Positions 36,818 through 48,020 of a stretch of DNA of 64,000 nt are shown here, one piece after another (the stretch's first letter is position 1; every line of letters starts with the position of its first letter). This DNA comes from a virus. Below the pieces are notes generated by a model, which saw only the letters and a program-made list of their open reading frames with translations, did no database searches and had not been told where the DNA came from. Both the position numbers and the translations under genes were made by a program. Location: IMG/VR virus record IMGVR_UViG_3300042387_002331; one strand, written 5' to 3'.

Positions 36818-38662
36818 ATGGCTACTACAAATAGAGATATAAGATATATTAACCGTGACTTTTCTGAATTTAGATCACGACTAATAGAATATTCTAGAAC
36901 ATATTTTCCCCAAACATATAATGACTTTTCCCCTGCTTCCCCAGGTATGATGTTTATGGAACAAGCTTCATATGTTGGAGATGTTTTAAGTTTTTATTTA
37001 GATAACCAATTTCAAGAAACTTTTATTCAATATGCTCAACAAACAAAAAATGTATTTGATTTAGCATATATGTTTGGATATCGTCCAAAAACAACGGGAG
37101 TAGCTCAAACAGTAGTAGATATATATCAACAATTACCTTCTAAATTAGTAGGAGGAAATTATGTCCCTGACTATGATTATGCTTTGACTGTAAGAGAAAA
37201 TTCAACTATAAGTTCTCAAAATGGAACTTCATTTTTAATCCAAAGTAAAGTCGACTTTTCAGTTTCTAGTTCTCAAGATCCAACAGAAGTTACTATTTAC
37301 CAAATTGCAGGTAATATACCTCAATATTATTTGTTAAAAAAGAGTAGAAATGCTATTTCTGCTACTATTAATACTGAAAATTTTACATTTGGTTCCCCCC
37401 AATCATTTCAAACAATAAACTTACAGGGCTTTAACATTATTAAAGTACTAGACATTACAGATTCTGAAGGAAATCAATGGTATGAAGTAGACCATTTAGG
37501 TCAAGAAATGGTATTAGATACTATTAAAAATACTAATATTAATGATCCTAATGCAAATGGAGATACTCCTTACTTATTAAGATTAAAAAAAGTAGCTAGA
37601 CGTTTTGCAACTCGTTTTACTTCTTTATCAAACCTTCAAATTCAGTTTGGTGCTGGAGCTCCTAATGATGTTACAGAAGAAATTACTCCAAATGCAGATA
37701 ATGTAGGTATTGGACTTCCATTTTCTCAAAATAAACTTACAGCAGCATATTCCCCTGTTAATTTTTTATATACTGGGACTTATGGTATTTCCCCCTCTAA
37801 TACAGTATTAACAGTTAGATATTTAACTGGTGGAGGAGTTATTTCTAATATTACTGCTAATACATTAAATAGTTTAAACACTACAAGAACTAATTTTAAC
37901 CAATTTAATCTTAACCCCACAACATCAGATTATATATTTAATTCTGTTTTTGCTACTAACCCTGAAGCAGCATCTGGAGGTAGAGGTGGGGACACATTAG
38001 AAGAAATCCGTCAAAATACTCTAACTCTTATAGCATCCCAACAACGTTCAGTTACTGCAGATGATTATCTAATTCGTGCTTTAAGTATGCCGTCGGATTA
38101 TGGTGCTATTTCTAAAGCGTTTATTGAACAACCTAAATTAACAGATAATCAAGTTTCAACTATTGAAACACTAAATTTATACATTTTGTCTTTAAATAGT
38201 AGTGGTCAATTAGATTATGCTACTGAAGCATTAAAAAATAATTTAAGAACATACATGTCTCAATATAGAATGATTGGAGACAATATTGAAATTAGAGATG
38301 CTTTTATAATTAATATAGGTATAGATTTTGAAATTATAGTACTTCCAGAATATAATAATAATGAAGTTTTATTAGCATGTATTTCTGCTTTACAACAATA
38401 TTTTGATCTAAGTAAATGGCAATTAAATCAACCTATAATGTTAAGAGATCTTTACATTTTATTAGATAAAATTAAAGGAGTTCAAACAATTAAATCTATT
38501 AATATTTCAAACAAAACAGGAACTACTTTAGGATACTCTCAGTATGCTTATGATATATCATCAGCTACTCAAAATAATGTAATTTATCCTTCATTAGACC
38601 CTAGTATATTTGAAATAAAATATCCTAATCAAGATATTAAAGGTAAGGTAGTTCCTTTATAA
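36818..38662 (+). CDS. baseplate wedge subunit, T4 gp6 / baseplate J-like
   Basis: RDFSEFRSRL, YNDF, GDVLSFYLD, ASGGRGGDTLEEIR, QQRSVTADDY. Confidence 0.85.
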   Translation: MATTNRDIRYINRDFSEFRSRLIEYSRTYFPQTYNDFSPASPGMMFMEQASYVGDVLSFYLDNQFQETFIQYAQQTKNVFDLAYMFGYRPKTTGVAQTVVDIYQQLPSKLVGGNYVPDYDYALTVRENSTISSQNGTSFLIQSKVDFSVSSSQDPTEVTIYQIAGNIPQYYLLKKSRNAISATINTENFTFGSPQSFQTINLQGFNIIKVLDITDSEGNQWYEVDHLGQEMVLDTIKNTNINDPNANGDTPYLLRLKKVARRFATRFTSLSNLQIQFGAGAPNDVTEEITPNADNVGIGLPFSQNKLTAAYSPVNFLYTGTYGISPSNTVLTVRYLTGGGVISNITANTLNSLNTTRTNFNQFNLNPTTSDYIFNSVFATNPEAASGGRGGDTLEEIRQNTLTLIASQQRSVTADDYLIRALSMPSDYGAISKAFIEQPKLTDNQVSTIETLNLYILSLNSSGQLDYATEALKNNLRTYMSQYRMIGDNIEIRDAFIINIGIDFEIIVLPEYNNNEVLLACISALQQYFDLSKWQLNQPIMLRDLYILLDKIKGVQTIKSINISNKTGTTLGYSQYAYDISSATQNNVIYPSLDPSIFEIKYPNQDIKGKVVPL

Positions 38663-38688
38663 TTTTATATTTATAATAAAATAACATA

Positions 38689-39891
38689 ATGGCTGTTTAT
38701 AAAATATTTCCAACCCAAGATACTACGTTATATTCTGCTTACCCAACAATGAATACTGGGTTGGATGCTATTTTAGAAGCTTCTAATAAATTAGATATAA
38801 GTGGAGATCCTGAAGTAGCTAGATATTTAGTTGAATTTGATCAAAATGAAATATTAGACATACGTTCTAATAAAATTGGTAATAGTCAATATAACATATA
38901 CCTTAAAAATTTTATCGCAGAAGCTCAAGGTTTAAATCAAAATACTACTTTAGAAATTTTACCTTTAGCTCAATCATGGAATAATGGTACCGGATATTAT
39001 TTAGATAACCCAAAAGAAGAAGATGGAGCATCCTGGAGATTCGCTAATTTTAGCGGTTCAGGAGTTTGGTCTCCTTCAGGATCGTATATAAATGCTTCTG
39101 GTCAAATATTTTACACCAGTTCATTTAGCAACATTTATGGGGGGATAGGCGGTGGAAACTGGTTTTATGATGCTTCTCAAAGTTTATATGTAGCCATAGG
39201 ATTTGTACTTCCAGGATATGTTTTATCTCAATTAGCTTTTAGTGGTTCATCTCATGTTCAATTTAGTTTACGTGATATTAAAGATATAGAAGCTAATGTA
39301 ACTAATACAGTTAATGCTTGGATTACAGGGTCTATTCCTAATAATGGATTTATAATTAAATTAACCGGTTCTCAAGAATTCAACACCAGTCAATATATTC
39401 AACCTATATTTAAATATTATAGTGTTGATACAAATACAATTTATCCTCCATGTCTAGAATTTAGATGGAGAGATTATTCAACTATATTAACCGGTTCAGC
39501 TACCAGTAGCATTGTAGATACTGTTGACTTAAAAATGTCCCTTTCCGAAAACCCAGGTACATTTTATCCAACTAGTAAAAATAGATTTTATGTAAATGTA
39601 AGTCCGTTGTATCCTCCTAGAGTATATCAAACGTCTTCGTTATTTACTAATTTATATTATTTGCCAACTTCTTCATACTATGCAATAAAAGACTTGGCTA
39701 CTAATGAATATGTTGTTAACTTCGATGACAATTATACTCAAATTAGTTCTAATGAAAACGGAAATTATTTTGATGTATATATGAGTGGATTAGAACCTGA
39801 AAGATATTATTCTATTTTGATTAAAACTAATATTAACGGTTCTACTAAAATTTTTGATGATAACTATTACTTTAAAGTTGTAAACGGATGA
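38689..39891 (+). CDS. virion structural protein (DNRLRE-like)
   Basis: DTTLYSAYPTMNTG, SWNNGTG, IPNNGFIIK, PCLEFRW. Confidence 0.6.
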   Translation: MAVYKIFPTQDTTLYSAYPTMNTGLDAILEASNKLDISGDPEVARYLVEFDQNEILDIRSNKIGNSQYNIYLKNFIAEAQGLNQNTTLEILPLAQSWNNGTGYYLDNPKEEDGASWRFANFSGSGVWSPSGSYINASGQIFYTSSFSNIYGGIGGGNWFYDASQSLYVAIGFVLPGYVLSQLAFSGSSHVQFSLRDIKDIEANVTNTVNAWITGSIPNNGFIIKLTGSQEFNTSQYIQPIFKYYSVDTNTIYPPCLEFRWRDYSTILTGSATSSIVDTVDLKMSLSENPGTFYPTSKNRFYVNVSPLYPPRVYQTSSLFTNLYYLPTSSYYAIKDLATNEYVVNFDDNYTQISSNENGNYFDVYMSGLEPERYYSILIKTNINGSTKIFDDNYYFKVVNG

Positions 39892-40241
39892 GTGAAAGTA
39901 TAAATCTAAATAAACAAGTATATGATAAAAGACAGTACACTAAAGTAATAGATACTTCTTTTAAACAATTGGGTGTTCAAACAATTCAAGAACAAATTGA
40001 CCAACAACCAACTGTAGACGATTTTTTTAATATGTACAATGAATTATTTTATCAAATACCTGAACTAGGGGCAACTAATTCACATGAGTATTTGATTAAA
40101 AAAAGTAGTGAATATATAGCATTTGATGCTAATCAAGATGAAATAATAGCTCTTCAAAATGAAATAGCTCAATTAAGAACAGATTTACTTGAAGCCCAAA
40201 AACAAGTTATAGAATTACAAACCGGAACAACACTTACCTAA
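39888..40241 (+). CDS. structural-module hypothetical protein
   Basis: Coupled ORF with C-terminal coiled coil. Confidence 0.65.
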   Translation: MSESINLNKQVYDKRQYTKVIDTSFKQLGVQTIQEQIDQQPTVDDFFNMYNELFYQIPELGATNSHEYLIKKSSEYIAFDANQDEIIALQNEIAQLRTDLLEAQKQVIELQTGTTLT

Positions 40242-40243
40242 TA

Positions 40244-43200
40244 ATGGCTGCAGAAATTACACAGATAGATGCACAAGATTTTATATTTCAAACATATGGA
40301 GGAAACGATATTTCGTTAATTTCTTCTACTGAAATAGATACTACTTTAACTACTGGAAGTTATATTGAATTATTTATATATGATAATAATCAAAATATAC
40401 TTTTTGAAGATTATAATTTTTCAGAATATACTATCCTTAATAATGGACAATCAGCCGGAAACAATAATTCTATTTCTCAAATAGAAGTTGACCCTGAAAA
40501 AATTCTTATTGATAATGGGTTTGATCAAGGAGAATATATTACATATTTTAATTTCTTTAATAAACAAATAGGTTCTGAACTTCAACAGTTATATATTTCT
40601 GAAATATCATCTGATAGAACTGAACTTAGGTTAGATAGTACTTCTTTAACAGATATTGATTTAGTTGAACAAACAAATAATTTTATTCAACAACGAGAAA
40701 ATAGCTCATATTTTGTAGATTTTTATCTTAACTTTGGAACCAACTCATTAACCCTAGCTAATAACATTCAATTAGATGACTCAGATCCTAATAATGTTTC
40801 TATTTTAATTAAATTATATGAATCTCTTCCTGAACAATTTGATTTAAATTCTCAATTATGGGTAGTAACTTCTTTAGATAATTCTTTAGCATATCAAGTA
40901 GCATTTGAGGATCTTCCTATTATTATTACTGATACTATTCCTATAAAAGGACCTAATTTTAATTTAGACTTAAAAGATCAAGTAAACAATTCAACAGTAG
41001 CTTTAAATTATACTTCTTTAACTACTACTACTTTAACTAGTTCTTTTAATCAATTAAGTAGTTTACTAGAAGAAAAAGAAATTGATATTAACATAGACTA
41101 TACAGACTTTAATAATTTTATCCACTTTAGTTCAGCTCAAACTAGATTAGAAAATTTTTATTATAAAGTATCCCTTCTTGAAAATTACTCAGCATCTATA
41201 GCTACTTTAAATAATACAATAAATAACGATCCAAATGTTAGTATTGCTATATATGAAGCATATATAAACAATATTATAACTAATTTCGACGGTTATGAAT
41301 ATTATTTATATTACTCAAGTGGTTCATGGGCTTGGCCTAAATCAACTTCACAACCTCCTTATCAGTTATATTTAACCGGTAGTACCCAAGTACTAAATTG
41401 GTTTGGTAGTGTTGATGAAACTTCCCCATTCTATGGTGGTATTTTACTTTCAGCATCTATATACGATGATCTTAATAAAGATTATTTATATTATGTAATA
41501 CCTGAATATTTAAGAGACGATCCATCAAACAATCAATATAAATTATTTGTTGATATGGTGGGTCAATTTTATGATAATATTTGGATTTACTATAAAGATG
41601 TTACTGAAAAATATAATGCTGATAACCGTTTAGAATATGGTATTTCAAAAGATATAGTAGCAGATGCTATTCGTGATTTTGGAATTAAACTATACCAAAA
41701 TAATTTTTCAATACAGGATTTATATACTGCATTTATAGGTTTAACTCCTGAAGGTGGTTTATTTCCCTTCCCTAATATTACAGGTTCACTTCCAACTCCA
41801 AGCGGATTTGAATATATTGATACCTTAATATCTGCTTCTAACGATTATATACCGTTAGACGATGTAAATAAATCGCTATATAAACGCATTTATCATAACT
41901 TGCCGTACCTGCTTAAATCAAAAGGTACCCTACCTGGTCTGCGCACGTTAATAACTTCTTATGGTATTCCTGATACTGTATTAAGAATTAATGAATATGG
42001 TGGAAAAGATAAAATCAACTCAAATGATTGGGATTATTGGCAAGATACATTTAATTATGCTTTTTATACAACAGGAAGTAATCATATTTCTTCTTCTTGG
42101 AAAGTAAGTATTGATTGGAACTCTCCGAACAATGTTCCTTCTACACTAGAATTTAGATTTAAAACAGAAGGTTTACCAACATCATCTATCCCATATTCTC
42201 AAAGTTTATGGTATAATGATAATTTTTCATCCATAGTACTCCAATATACTGGATCAGGATATTCCTCAGGTTCTTATTCAGGTTCAATTATAGATCCATA
42301 TTACCAATATGCAAATTTAATTTTCTACCCAGATGCTGTAAATTTCCCTAATTCAACAGCTAGCATATATTTACCATTTTTTGATGGTGGATGGTGGTCT
42401 ACAATGGTAACTAGAAACGGGGATGATTTTACTTTATATGCAGGTAATAACGTATATGAAGGAGGAGATAATGGAACCCTATTAGGTTTTTATACTTCTT
42501 CATTCATAAATGAAGATTCAACAGCCTGGCTTACAGGAAATATTTCTACTTTTGCTAATTCTAATACAGCAATTGCTGGGGGAACTTATGATTCATTCTC
42601 TGGATCTTTACAAGAAATTAGATACTATACAACAGTACTAAGTGAAAGTGTATTTAAGGATTATGTAATGAATCCTTATTCGATTGAAGGAAATTCATTA
42701 AATTCTTCTCCAAATGAATTAGCTTTTAGAGCATCTTTAGGAGGTGAATTATATACTGGATCGGTTTCGATTCACCCTAAAGTAACAGGATCATGGACTA
42801 CAACAAGTTCATTTCTCCCTTCTTTAGGAGGAAATACTTTTTATATTCATGATATACCAACATTTAATCCTAATACAGAATATTTCTTTATAGATCAACC
42901 TATAATTGGTATTAAAAATGCTATTTCTGATAAAATTAGAGTAGAAGATAATACAATTCCTTCTGGAGATACATTATCTGCTTTTAGATCATTATCCCAA
43001 AATGTAGAAATTAGTCAAAGCTACACAGCAAATACTAATTTACTTGAAGTAGCATTTTCACCCCAAGATGAAATCAATGATGATATCATGGGTCAAATTG
43101 GATATTTTAACATTGGAGAATATATTGGTGACCCAAGATTTAGATCATCATCAGCATTATCTTATCCTGAGTTAGATATTTTACGAAATGATTACTTTGA

Positions 43201-46200
43201 AAAATATACAAAAAATTATGATTTAAATGATTTTATTCGTTTAATCAAATTCTTTGATAACTCATTATTCAAAATGATTAAAGATTTTGTACCTGCACGT
43301 ACAAGTCTTGCCTCGGGTATTGTAATCAAACAGTCTATACTTGAAAGAAACAGATACCCTGAACCACAAGTAGATAACTATTCAACAATAGCATATACTA
43401 CTAGTGGATCTAATAATAATGTTCCTTTTACATTTCAAAATATTATAGTTTCTGGAACTTTAACCCCAAGTTGGAATACTTACCACCCAGGAACTGTAGA
43501 AAATTTTAGTGGAGGTCCTGCAGGTGTGTTTAACCCATATAATGGTGTTTTAACTTCTCCTTATGGAGCAAATGGTATTGGACCTAATAACATATACTTT
43601 TTAACTCAAAGTTGGTCCGAAAGTATTATTACTCCCTCTGGCTCTGTAGTTATGCTACATAGTACTCAAGATGAGTTTTATAATGGTGAATTTAGTGGAT
43701 CAAATTTAATAGTAACTACTCAAAGCTTAGCCCAATCATACCCATTACAAAATGTATCTTTACCTTATCAACAAGTTCTCTATTTTCCAACTTTATCAGG
43801 CTCAGTTCTTCCTTTAAATGAAATTGATGAAGCTATATTTTTTGGTAATTTTATAAATCCTGTAACATCTCCTCAAAATGGGGAAATGATGATTTTTATT
43901 GATTATGAAACATTTACGGTTCCATTCCCTGGATCTGAATATGCTGCTACATATTTTAAAATAGCTAAAATAGATTCATTAGGAAATAATAACAGTAATG
44001 TTTTAGGACAACTTGATAAAATTTTAATTTATAATTCATCTACATCACAATATATAGAATATGATTTAGATATCCTTAATGAATATCCAAGTTATTATCT
44101 ATATAAAGTTAATCCTACAACATATGGAAATTTTCCATTTGTTGCAGCTGATAATAAAATTTTAGATTATACTGTTTCTGCTTCTATAACAATTCCTGAA
44201 ATTATACCTGGAACAACTGTTTATCCTTTTTTACTTACAGCTAGCATTAACCCTTTAAACTACTATGATTCTTCCTCAGGAAATACTAATTTTGGATATA
44301 CACCAAATACTCCATTAAATTTTACAGCAAGTTTCCTAGCTCAAACTTCTGTAGGTATAGCTACTTTAAACTTAAATTTCCAACAAATCATCCCAGGATC
44401 TATAGGATCAGGTACAGTAACTAGTCAAACATTTACTATTACAACAACACCAACTACTTATACTATTTCAGGATCATTTTATCCTGTACAAGGAAGTTCT
44501 TACTATTCTTGGGGTTTTATACCTTTTGGAAATCCCGTTACTATAACAAATGCTGAATTTTTAATTACCCAGAGTAGAAATATAAATTCTCCAAGCAGTG
44601 TTTCTAATATTGTAGAACCTTATATTACAGAACCTAATTACTATTATAGTAGTTATAATCCTATAATGAATAATATTGAAGAAGCACGATTAAATTCAAT
44701 ATATGAAGATATAGATTACTCAACTAATATTTTAACTCCGGTTAATTTTAATTTATTAATTAGTGGAAGTGCTCTTAAAGCAGCTGTTCAAGATTCAAAT
44801 TATTCCTCTAAACGAGTAACTTTACCTCGTTATGATGGTGTAAAATCAACTTCACAACAATTAAATGTTTGGACACCTGGTGATACTGGAACTTATGGTA
44901 AACTACCAACAATAGATAGTTTAAAAAACATGGTTGCCTACTGTGATTCTATTTCAGGATGGCCTTCTGAAAAAATGAATGCCTCAGCAATTCACGTTTT
45001 ATATTTAATCAAGTCTGATGGAACTGTTGTTATCCCAAATACCTCAGAAAACTCATTAGCTGATATTAAAGGAACATTTGAGTCTGGAGAAAGAATGTTA
45101 ATAAATACTCAAACAATTTCCGCAGGAGGAACTCAATATAGAAATGTTATTAGAGGTGGTACTCGTATTGAGCCTATTTTATATACTCAGTTTGGTAGTT
45201 CTCCAAATGTTACATGGAATACTACAATGAGTTTTGAAGATATAGTTTTAACTGCTTCTGGTTCTGTAGGAAACTACACAGCATTGTATAATACTACTGG
45301 ATCCTCAATTCAAGTTTTTGGGAATATTCCAACTAAAGTTTCATTTAGTAATGCAGTATATGGAAATACTTATTTGTCAAATAATGGATATCAAGTTACA
45401 ACAGGTCCAATAGGAGATGGTGTTAGTTTATATTTAGATGCTGAGGTAAAATATGTAATAACCCAACCCTTTGGAAGTACTATTAACTATACAATAGAAC
45501 TTTTTATATATAAAAATGGAAATCCCTTATTAGATTCCACTGGAAACCCTATAAGCATTCTTCATACCCCATCATATAACTCCCCAGGAAATAATGGTAT
45601 TATAGATATTACTGGGGTTCTATTATCTAATACTACACTTAATATTAATGATATATATACAGTTTATATAAAATGGATTGGTAATGTTGCTGGAGGATCA
45701 TTTTTTGTATTACCAAATTCAGTTTTTAAAATATATCAATCTCCTATAGCTACTTCCCCTGTTACCTCTTCAGGAGCTAATTCAATTTGGGGATGGCCAA
45801 ATAAAACAACTTATCCAAATGTTATAACTTCTTCTGAAGCAACATTAGTAAACTTATATGGTGATCCTAATGTTAAAATGGTTGATATAACAGGATCCGG
45901 CTTTAACCCAGTTACATTACCTTGGTCAATAAAATATGCAGATGAATTTAGATTTGAAGGTAGAGAAGATTATGTTTATCAAGTAGGAAAAATATTTGGC
46001 CCTGCTGAAAGTGGATCAGATCGCATTACCCAAACAGGATCTATTGAAGTCCATTTTAATTATGCTCTTCCAGTTTCAGCTTCTTCTACAGTATTTAACT
46101 TAGATCACTTTTTAATTAGACGATATGTTGATGATGCTAGTTTAATTTTGATGGAAGGATATAGACCTACAAATGCCAGTGGTCCATATATAGTAAGACC

Positions 46201-46276
46201 TGAATATGTAGTTCCTGAACTAAACAAATCAGTAGATCAATTTATTTTAGATCTTACGCAGAAAGGGTTGATTTAA
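40244..46276 (+). CDS. large baseplate/tail structural protein (2010 aa)
   Basis: YLLKSKGT..GLRTLI (gp7/P2-gpI-like motif), LamG-like FSGSLQEIRYY, long beta-rich SGS/TGS-rich C-terminal half. Confidence 0.7.
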   Translation: MAAEITQIDAQDFIFQTYGGNDISLISSTEIDTTLTTGSYIELFIYDNNQNILFEDYNFSEYTILNNGQSAGNNNSISQIEVDPEKILIDNGFDQGEYITYFNFFNKQIGSELQQLYISEISSDRTELRLDSTSLTDIDLVEQTNNFIQQRENSSYFVDFYLNFGTNSLTLANNIQLDDSDPNNVSILIKLYESLPEQFDLNSQLWVVTSLDNSLAYQVAFEDLPIIITDTIPIKGPNFNLDLKDQVNNSTVALNYTSLTTTTLTSSFNQLSSLLEEKEIDINIDYTDFNNFIHFSSAQTRLENFYYKVSLLENYSASIATLNNTINNDPNVSIAIYEAYINNIITNFDGYEYYLYYSSGSWAWPKSTSQPPYQLYLTGSTQVLNWFGSVDETSPFYGGILLSASIYDDLNKDYLYYVIPEYLRDDPSNNQYKLFVDMVGQFYDNIWIYYKDVTEKYNADNRLEYGISKDIVADAIRDFGIKLYQNNFSIQDLYTAFIGLTPEGGLFPFPNITGSLPTPSGFEYIDTLISASNDYIPLDDVNKSLYKRIYHNLPYLLKSKGTLPGLRTLITSYGIPDTVLRINEYGGKDKINSNDWDYWQDTFNYAFYTTGSNHISSSWKVSIDWNSPNNVPSTLEFRFKTEGLPTSSIPYSQSLWYNDNFSSIVLQYTGSGYSSGSYSGSIIDPYYQYANLIFYPDAVNFPNSTASIYLPFFDGGWWSTMVTRNGDDFTLYAGNNVYEGGDNGTLLGFYTSSFINEDSTAWLTGNISTFANSNTAIAGGTYDSFSGSLQEIRYYTTVLSESVFKDYVMNPYSIEGNSLNSSPNELAFRASLGGELYTGSVSIHPKVTGSWTTTSSFLPSLGGNTFYIHDIPTFNPNTEYFFIDQPIIGIKNAISDKIRVEDNTIPSGDTLSAFRSLSQNVEISQSYTANTNLLEVAFSPQDEINDDIMGQIGYFNIGEYIGDPRFRSSSALSYPELDILRNDYFEKYTKNYDLNDFIRLIKFFDNSLFKMIKDFVPARTSLASGIVIKQSILERNRYPEPQVDNYSTIAYTTSGSNNNVPFTFQNIIVSGTLTPSWNTYHPGTVENFSGGPAGVFNPYNGVLTSPYGANGIGPNNIYFLTQSWSESIITPSGSVVMLHSTQDEFYNGEFSGSNLIVTTQSLAQSYPLQNVSLPYQQVLYFPTLSGSVLPLNEIDEAIFFGNFINPVTSPQNGEMMIFIDYETFTVPFPGSEYAATYFKIAKIDSLGNNNSNVLGQLDKILIYNSSTSQYIEYDLDILNEYPSYYLYKVNPTTYGNFPFVAADNKILDYTVSASITIPEIIPGTTVYPFLLTASINPLNYYDSSSGNTNFGYTPNTPLNFTASFLAQTSVGIATLNLNFQQIIPGSIGSGTVTSQTFTITTTPTTYTISGSFYPVQGSSYYSWGFIPFGNPVTITNAEFLITQSRNINSPSSVSNIVEPYITEPNYYYSSYNPIMNNIEEARLNSIYEDIDYSTNILTPVNFNLLISGSALKAAVQDSNYSSKRVTLPRYDGVKSTSQQLNVWTPGDTGTYGKLPTIDSLKNMVAYCDSISGWPSEKMNASAIHVLYLIKSDGTVVIPNTSENSLADIKGTFESGERMLINTQTISAGGTQYRNVIRGGTRIEPILYTQFGSSPNVTWNTTMSFEDIVLTASGSVGNYTALYNTTGSSIQVFGNIPTKVSFSNAVYGNTYLSNNGYQVTTGPIGDGVSLYLDAEVKYVITQPFGSTINYTIELFIYKNGNPLLDSTGNPISILHTPSYNSPGNNGIIDITGVLLSNTTLNINDIYTVYIKWIGNVAGGSFFVLPNSVFKIYQSPIATSPVTSSGANSIWGWPNKTTYPNVITSSEATLVNLYGDPNVKMVDITGSGFNPVTLPWSIKYADEFRFEGREDYVYQVGKIFGPAESGSDRITQTGSIEVHFNYALPVSASSTVFNLDHFLIRRYVDDASLILMEGYRPTNASGPYIVRPEYVVPELNKSVDQFILDLTQKGLI

Positions 46277-46318
46277 TGATATTTATTACATATAATACAC
46301 CTATAACAATATTAAAAC

Positions 46319-46990
46319 ATGGGATATTTAAATAATCAGGTCATAACAGTTGACGCAATTTTAACAAATAAAGGTAGAGAGCTTTTAGCAAAAAATGACG
46401 GTTCGTTTAGAATTACACAGTTTGCTCTAGCAGATGACGAAATTGATTATACTCTATATAATCCTACTCACCCTTCAGGCTCTTCATTTTATGGTGAAGC
46501 TATTCAAAATATGCCTTTATTAGAGGCATTTCCTATTGAAACTCAAATTATGAAGTATAAATTAGCTACCCTACCTCGCGGAACAGCTAAATTACCTGTA
46601 CTTGATCTAGGATACTCAGCAATTACCTTAAATCAAGGAGCTGCATTATCTGTTACTCCTCAAACATTAAATTATTTAGGAAATACCCAAGCATATGAAA
46701 CTAGCGGATATTCAGCTACTATTTCAGATGTCCGTTTAATGAGTACATTTACAGGAGTAGGTATTAACACAACAGCTGCAGCTTCAGCAAATGCTGCTGT
46801 TACTTCAACAACAACTTTAGGAACAAATGTATCTGTAACAGTCATTGGTTCTCAAATTAACTTAAGAGCAACTACTGTAAATACATTATTTGGTAATAAT
46901 ACTCAATTATCTGCTACATTAACCGTTGTAGGTTTAGATAGTGGTGCTCGTTTAACTATTCCTGTTACAATTAATAAAACAAACATTTAA
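46319..46990 (+). CDS. virion structural protein
   Basis: DAILTNKGRELLA...ITQFALADDEIDY (tail-collar-like N-terminus). Confidence 0.65.
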   Translation: MGYLNNQVITVDAILTNKGRELLAKNDGSFRITQFALADDEIDYTLYNPTHPSGSSFYGEAIQNMPLLEAFPIETQIMKYKLATLPRGTAKLPVLDLGYSAITLNQGAALSVTPQTLNYLGNTQAYETSGYSATISDVRLMSTFTGVGINTTAAASANAAVTSTTTLGTNVSVTVIGSQINLRATTVNTLFGNNTQLSATLTVVGLDSGARLTIPVTINKTNI

Positions 46991-47000
46991 AATATAAATA

Positions 47001-48014
47001 ATGGCATTTAAAAGATTCGATCCCGAAGATTTTTTAGTAAGTAGCGATTCAATTACCTCTACACTCTGGTCAACTGGAGCTCCAACCTTAACAATATTTG
47101 AAACATCATCTATCCAAGCTGCTGGTTCTTCTGGAAATTATTACTTAAGTGTATATCAAACAGCTTCAACAGATTCAACAGCTCAAGTACAATTTGATAT
47201 TGCATATGCTGATGCTTTAGGAAGTGGAAGCACATGGTATAACCCAATTGTTCCTGAGAATTCATACACTAAAACAATTTATGGGCAATACCGTTCATTA
47301 ATTCTAGAAGATGAAAATGCTAGTTTTATTTTTGGAACAGGGAATAACGTATCAACAGGATCTTATTTTTGGGTTCTTTCAATTGAAAGAGCTCGTTACA
47401 AACAATCTCTTTTTCCTGGATCTTTAAATCTACAACTTACAGGACCAGGTGGTACTATTAATTTAACAGATAATTCTCTTGACAACCCAGTAAATACTTT
47501 TATAGGTTCATCTAGAGTATACCAATTAATTTCTGGATCTAATGGTACAGCAGGTTCATTACCTAATAGTGGATATGTTGCTGGATCTGGTTCATATGGT
47601 TTAGTGTTTCCTGATTTAGGAACAATTTTACTTAATCCATCTGCTATTTCTCAATCAATCCAAGTTGATGCAAGTAGATCTAATAATAGTGATGGTTTAA
47701 ATAACCAAACACTATATAATGCTATTGCAGGAGCAGCTTCATTTGCTTTAAATTCCGAAGAAACCATTACTTCTGATTATGTATTTGTTAGAGCACGTAA
47801 TAGTGAATTTAACTACTCAGAAAACCCATCATTTATTTCGGGTTCTACAGGTGAAGTAATTTATGATAACTTTATAAACCAACCTCAAGTTTATATTACT
47901 ACAGTTGGAATGTATAATGACAGTAATGATTTATTAGCTGTTGCTAAAATGTCAAGACCATTGTTGAAAGACTTTACAAAAGAAGCTCTTGTTAGAGTAA
48001 AACTAGATTTCTAA
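47001..48014 (+). CDS. virion structural protein (tail/baseplate)
   Basis: C-terminal YITTVGMYNDSNDLLAVAKMSRPL collar-like motif. Confidence 0.65.
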   Translation: MAFKRFDPEDFLVSSDSITSTLWSTGAPTLTIFETSSIQAAGSSGNYYLSVYQTASTDSTAQVQFDIAYADALGSGSTWYNPIVPENSYTKTIYGQYRSLILEDENASFIFGTGNNVSTGSYFWVLSIERARYKQSLFPGSLNLQLTGPGGTINLTDNSLDNPVNTFIGSSRVYQLISGSNGTAGSLPNSGYVAGSGSYGLVFPDLGTILLNPSAISQSIQVDASRSNNSDGLNNQTLYNAIAGAASFALNSEETITSDYVFVRARNSEFNYSENPSFISGSTGEVIYDNFINQPQVYITTVGMYNDSNDLLAVAKMSRPLLKDFTKEALVRVKLDF

Positions 48015-48020
48015 GAATGA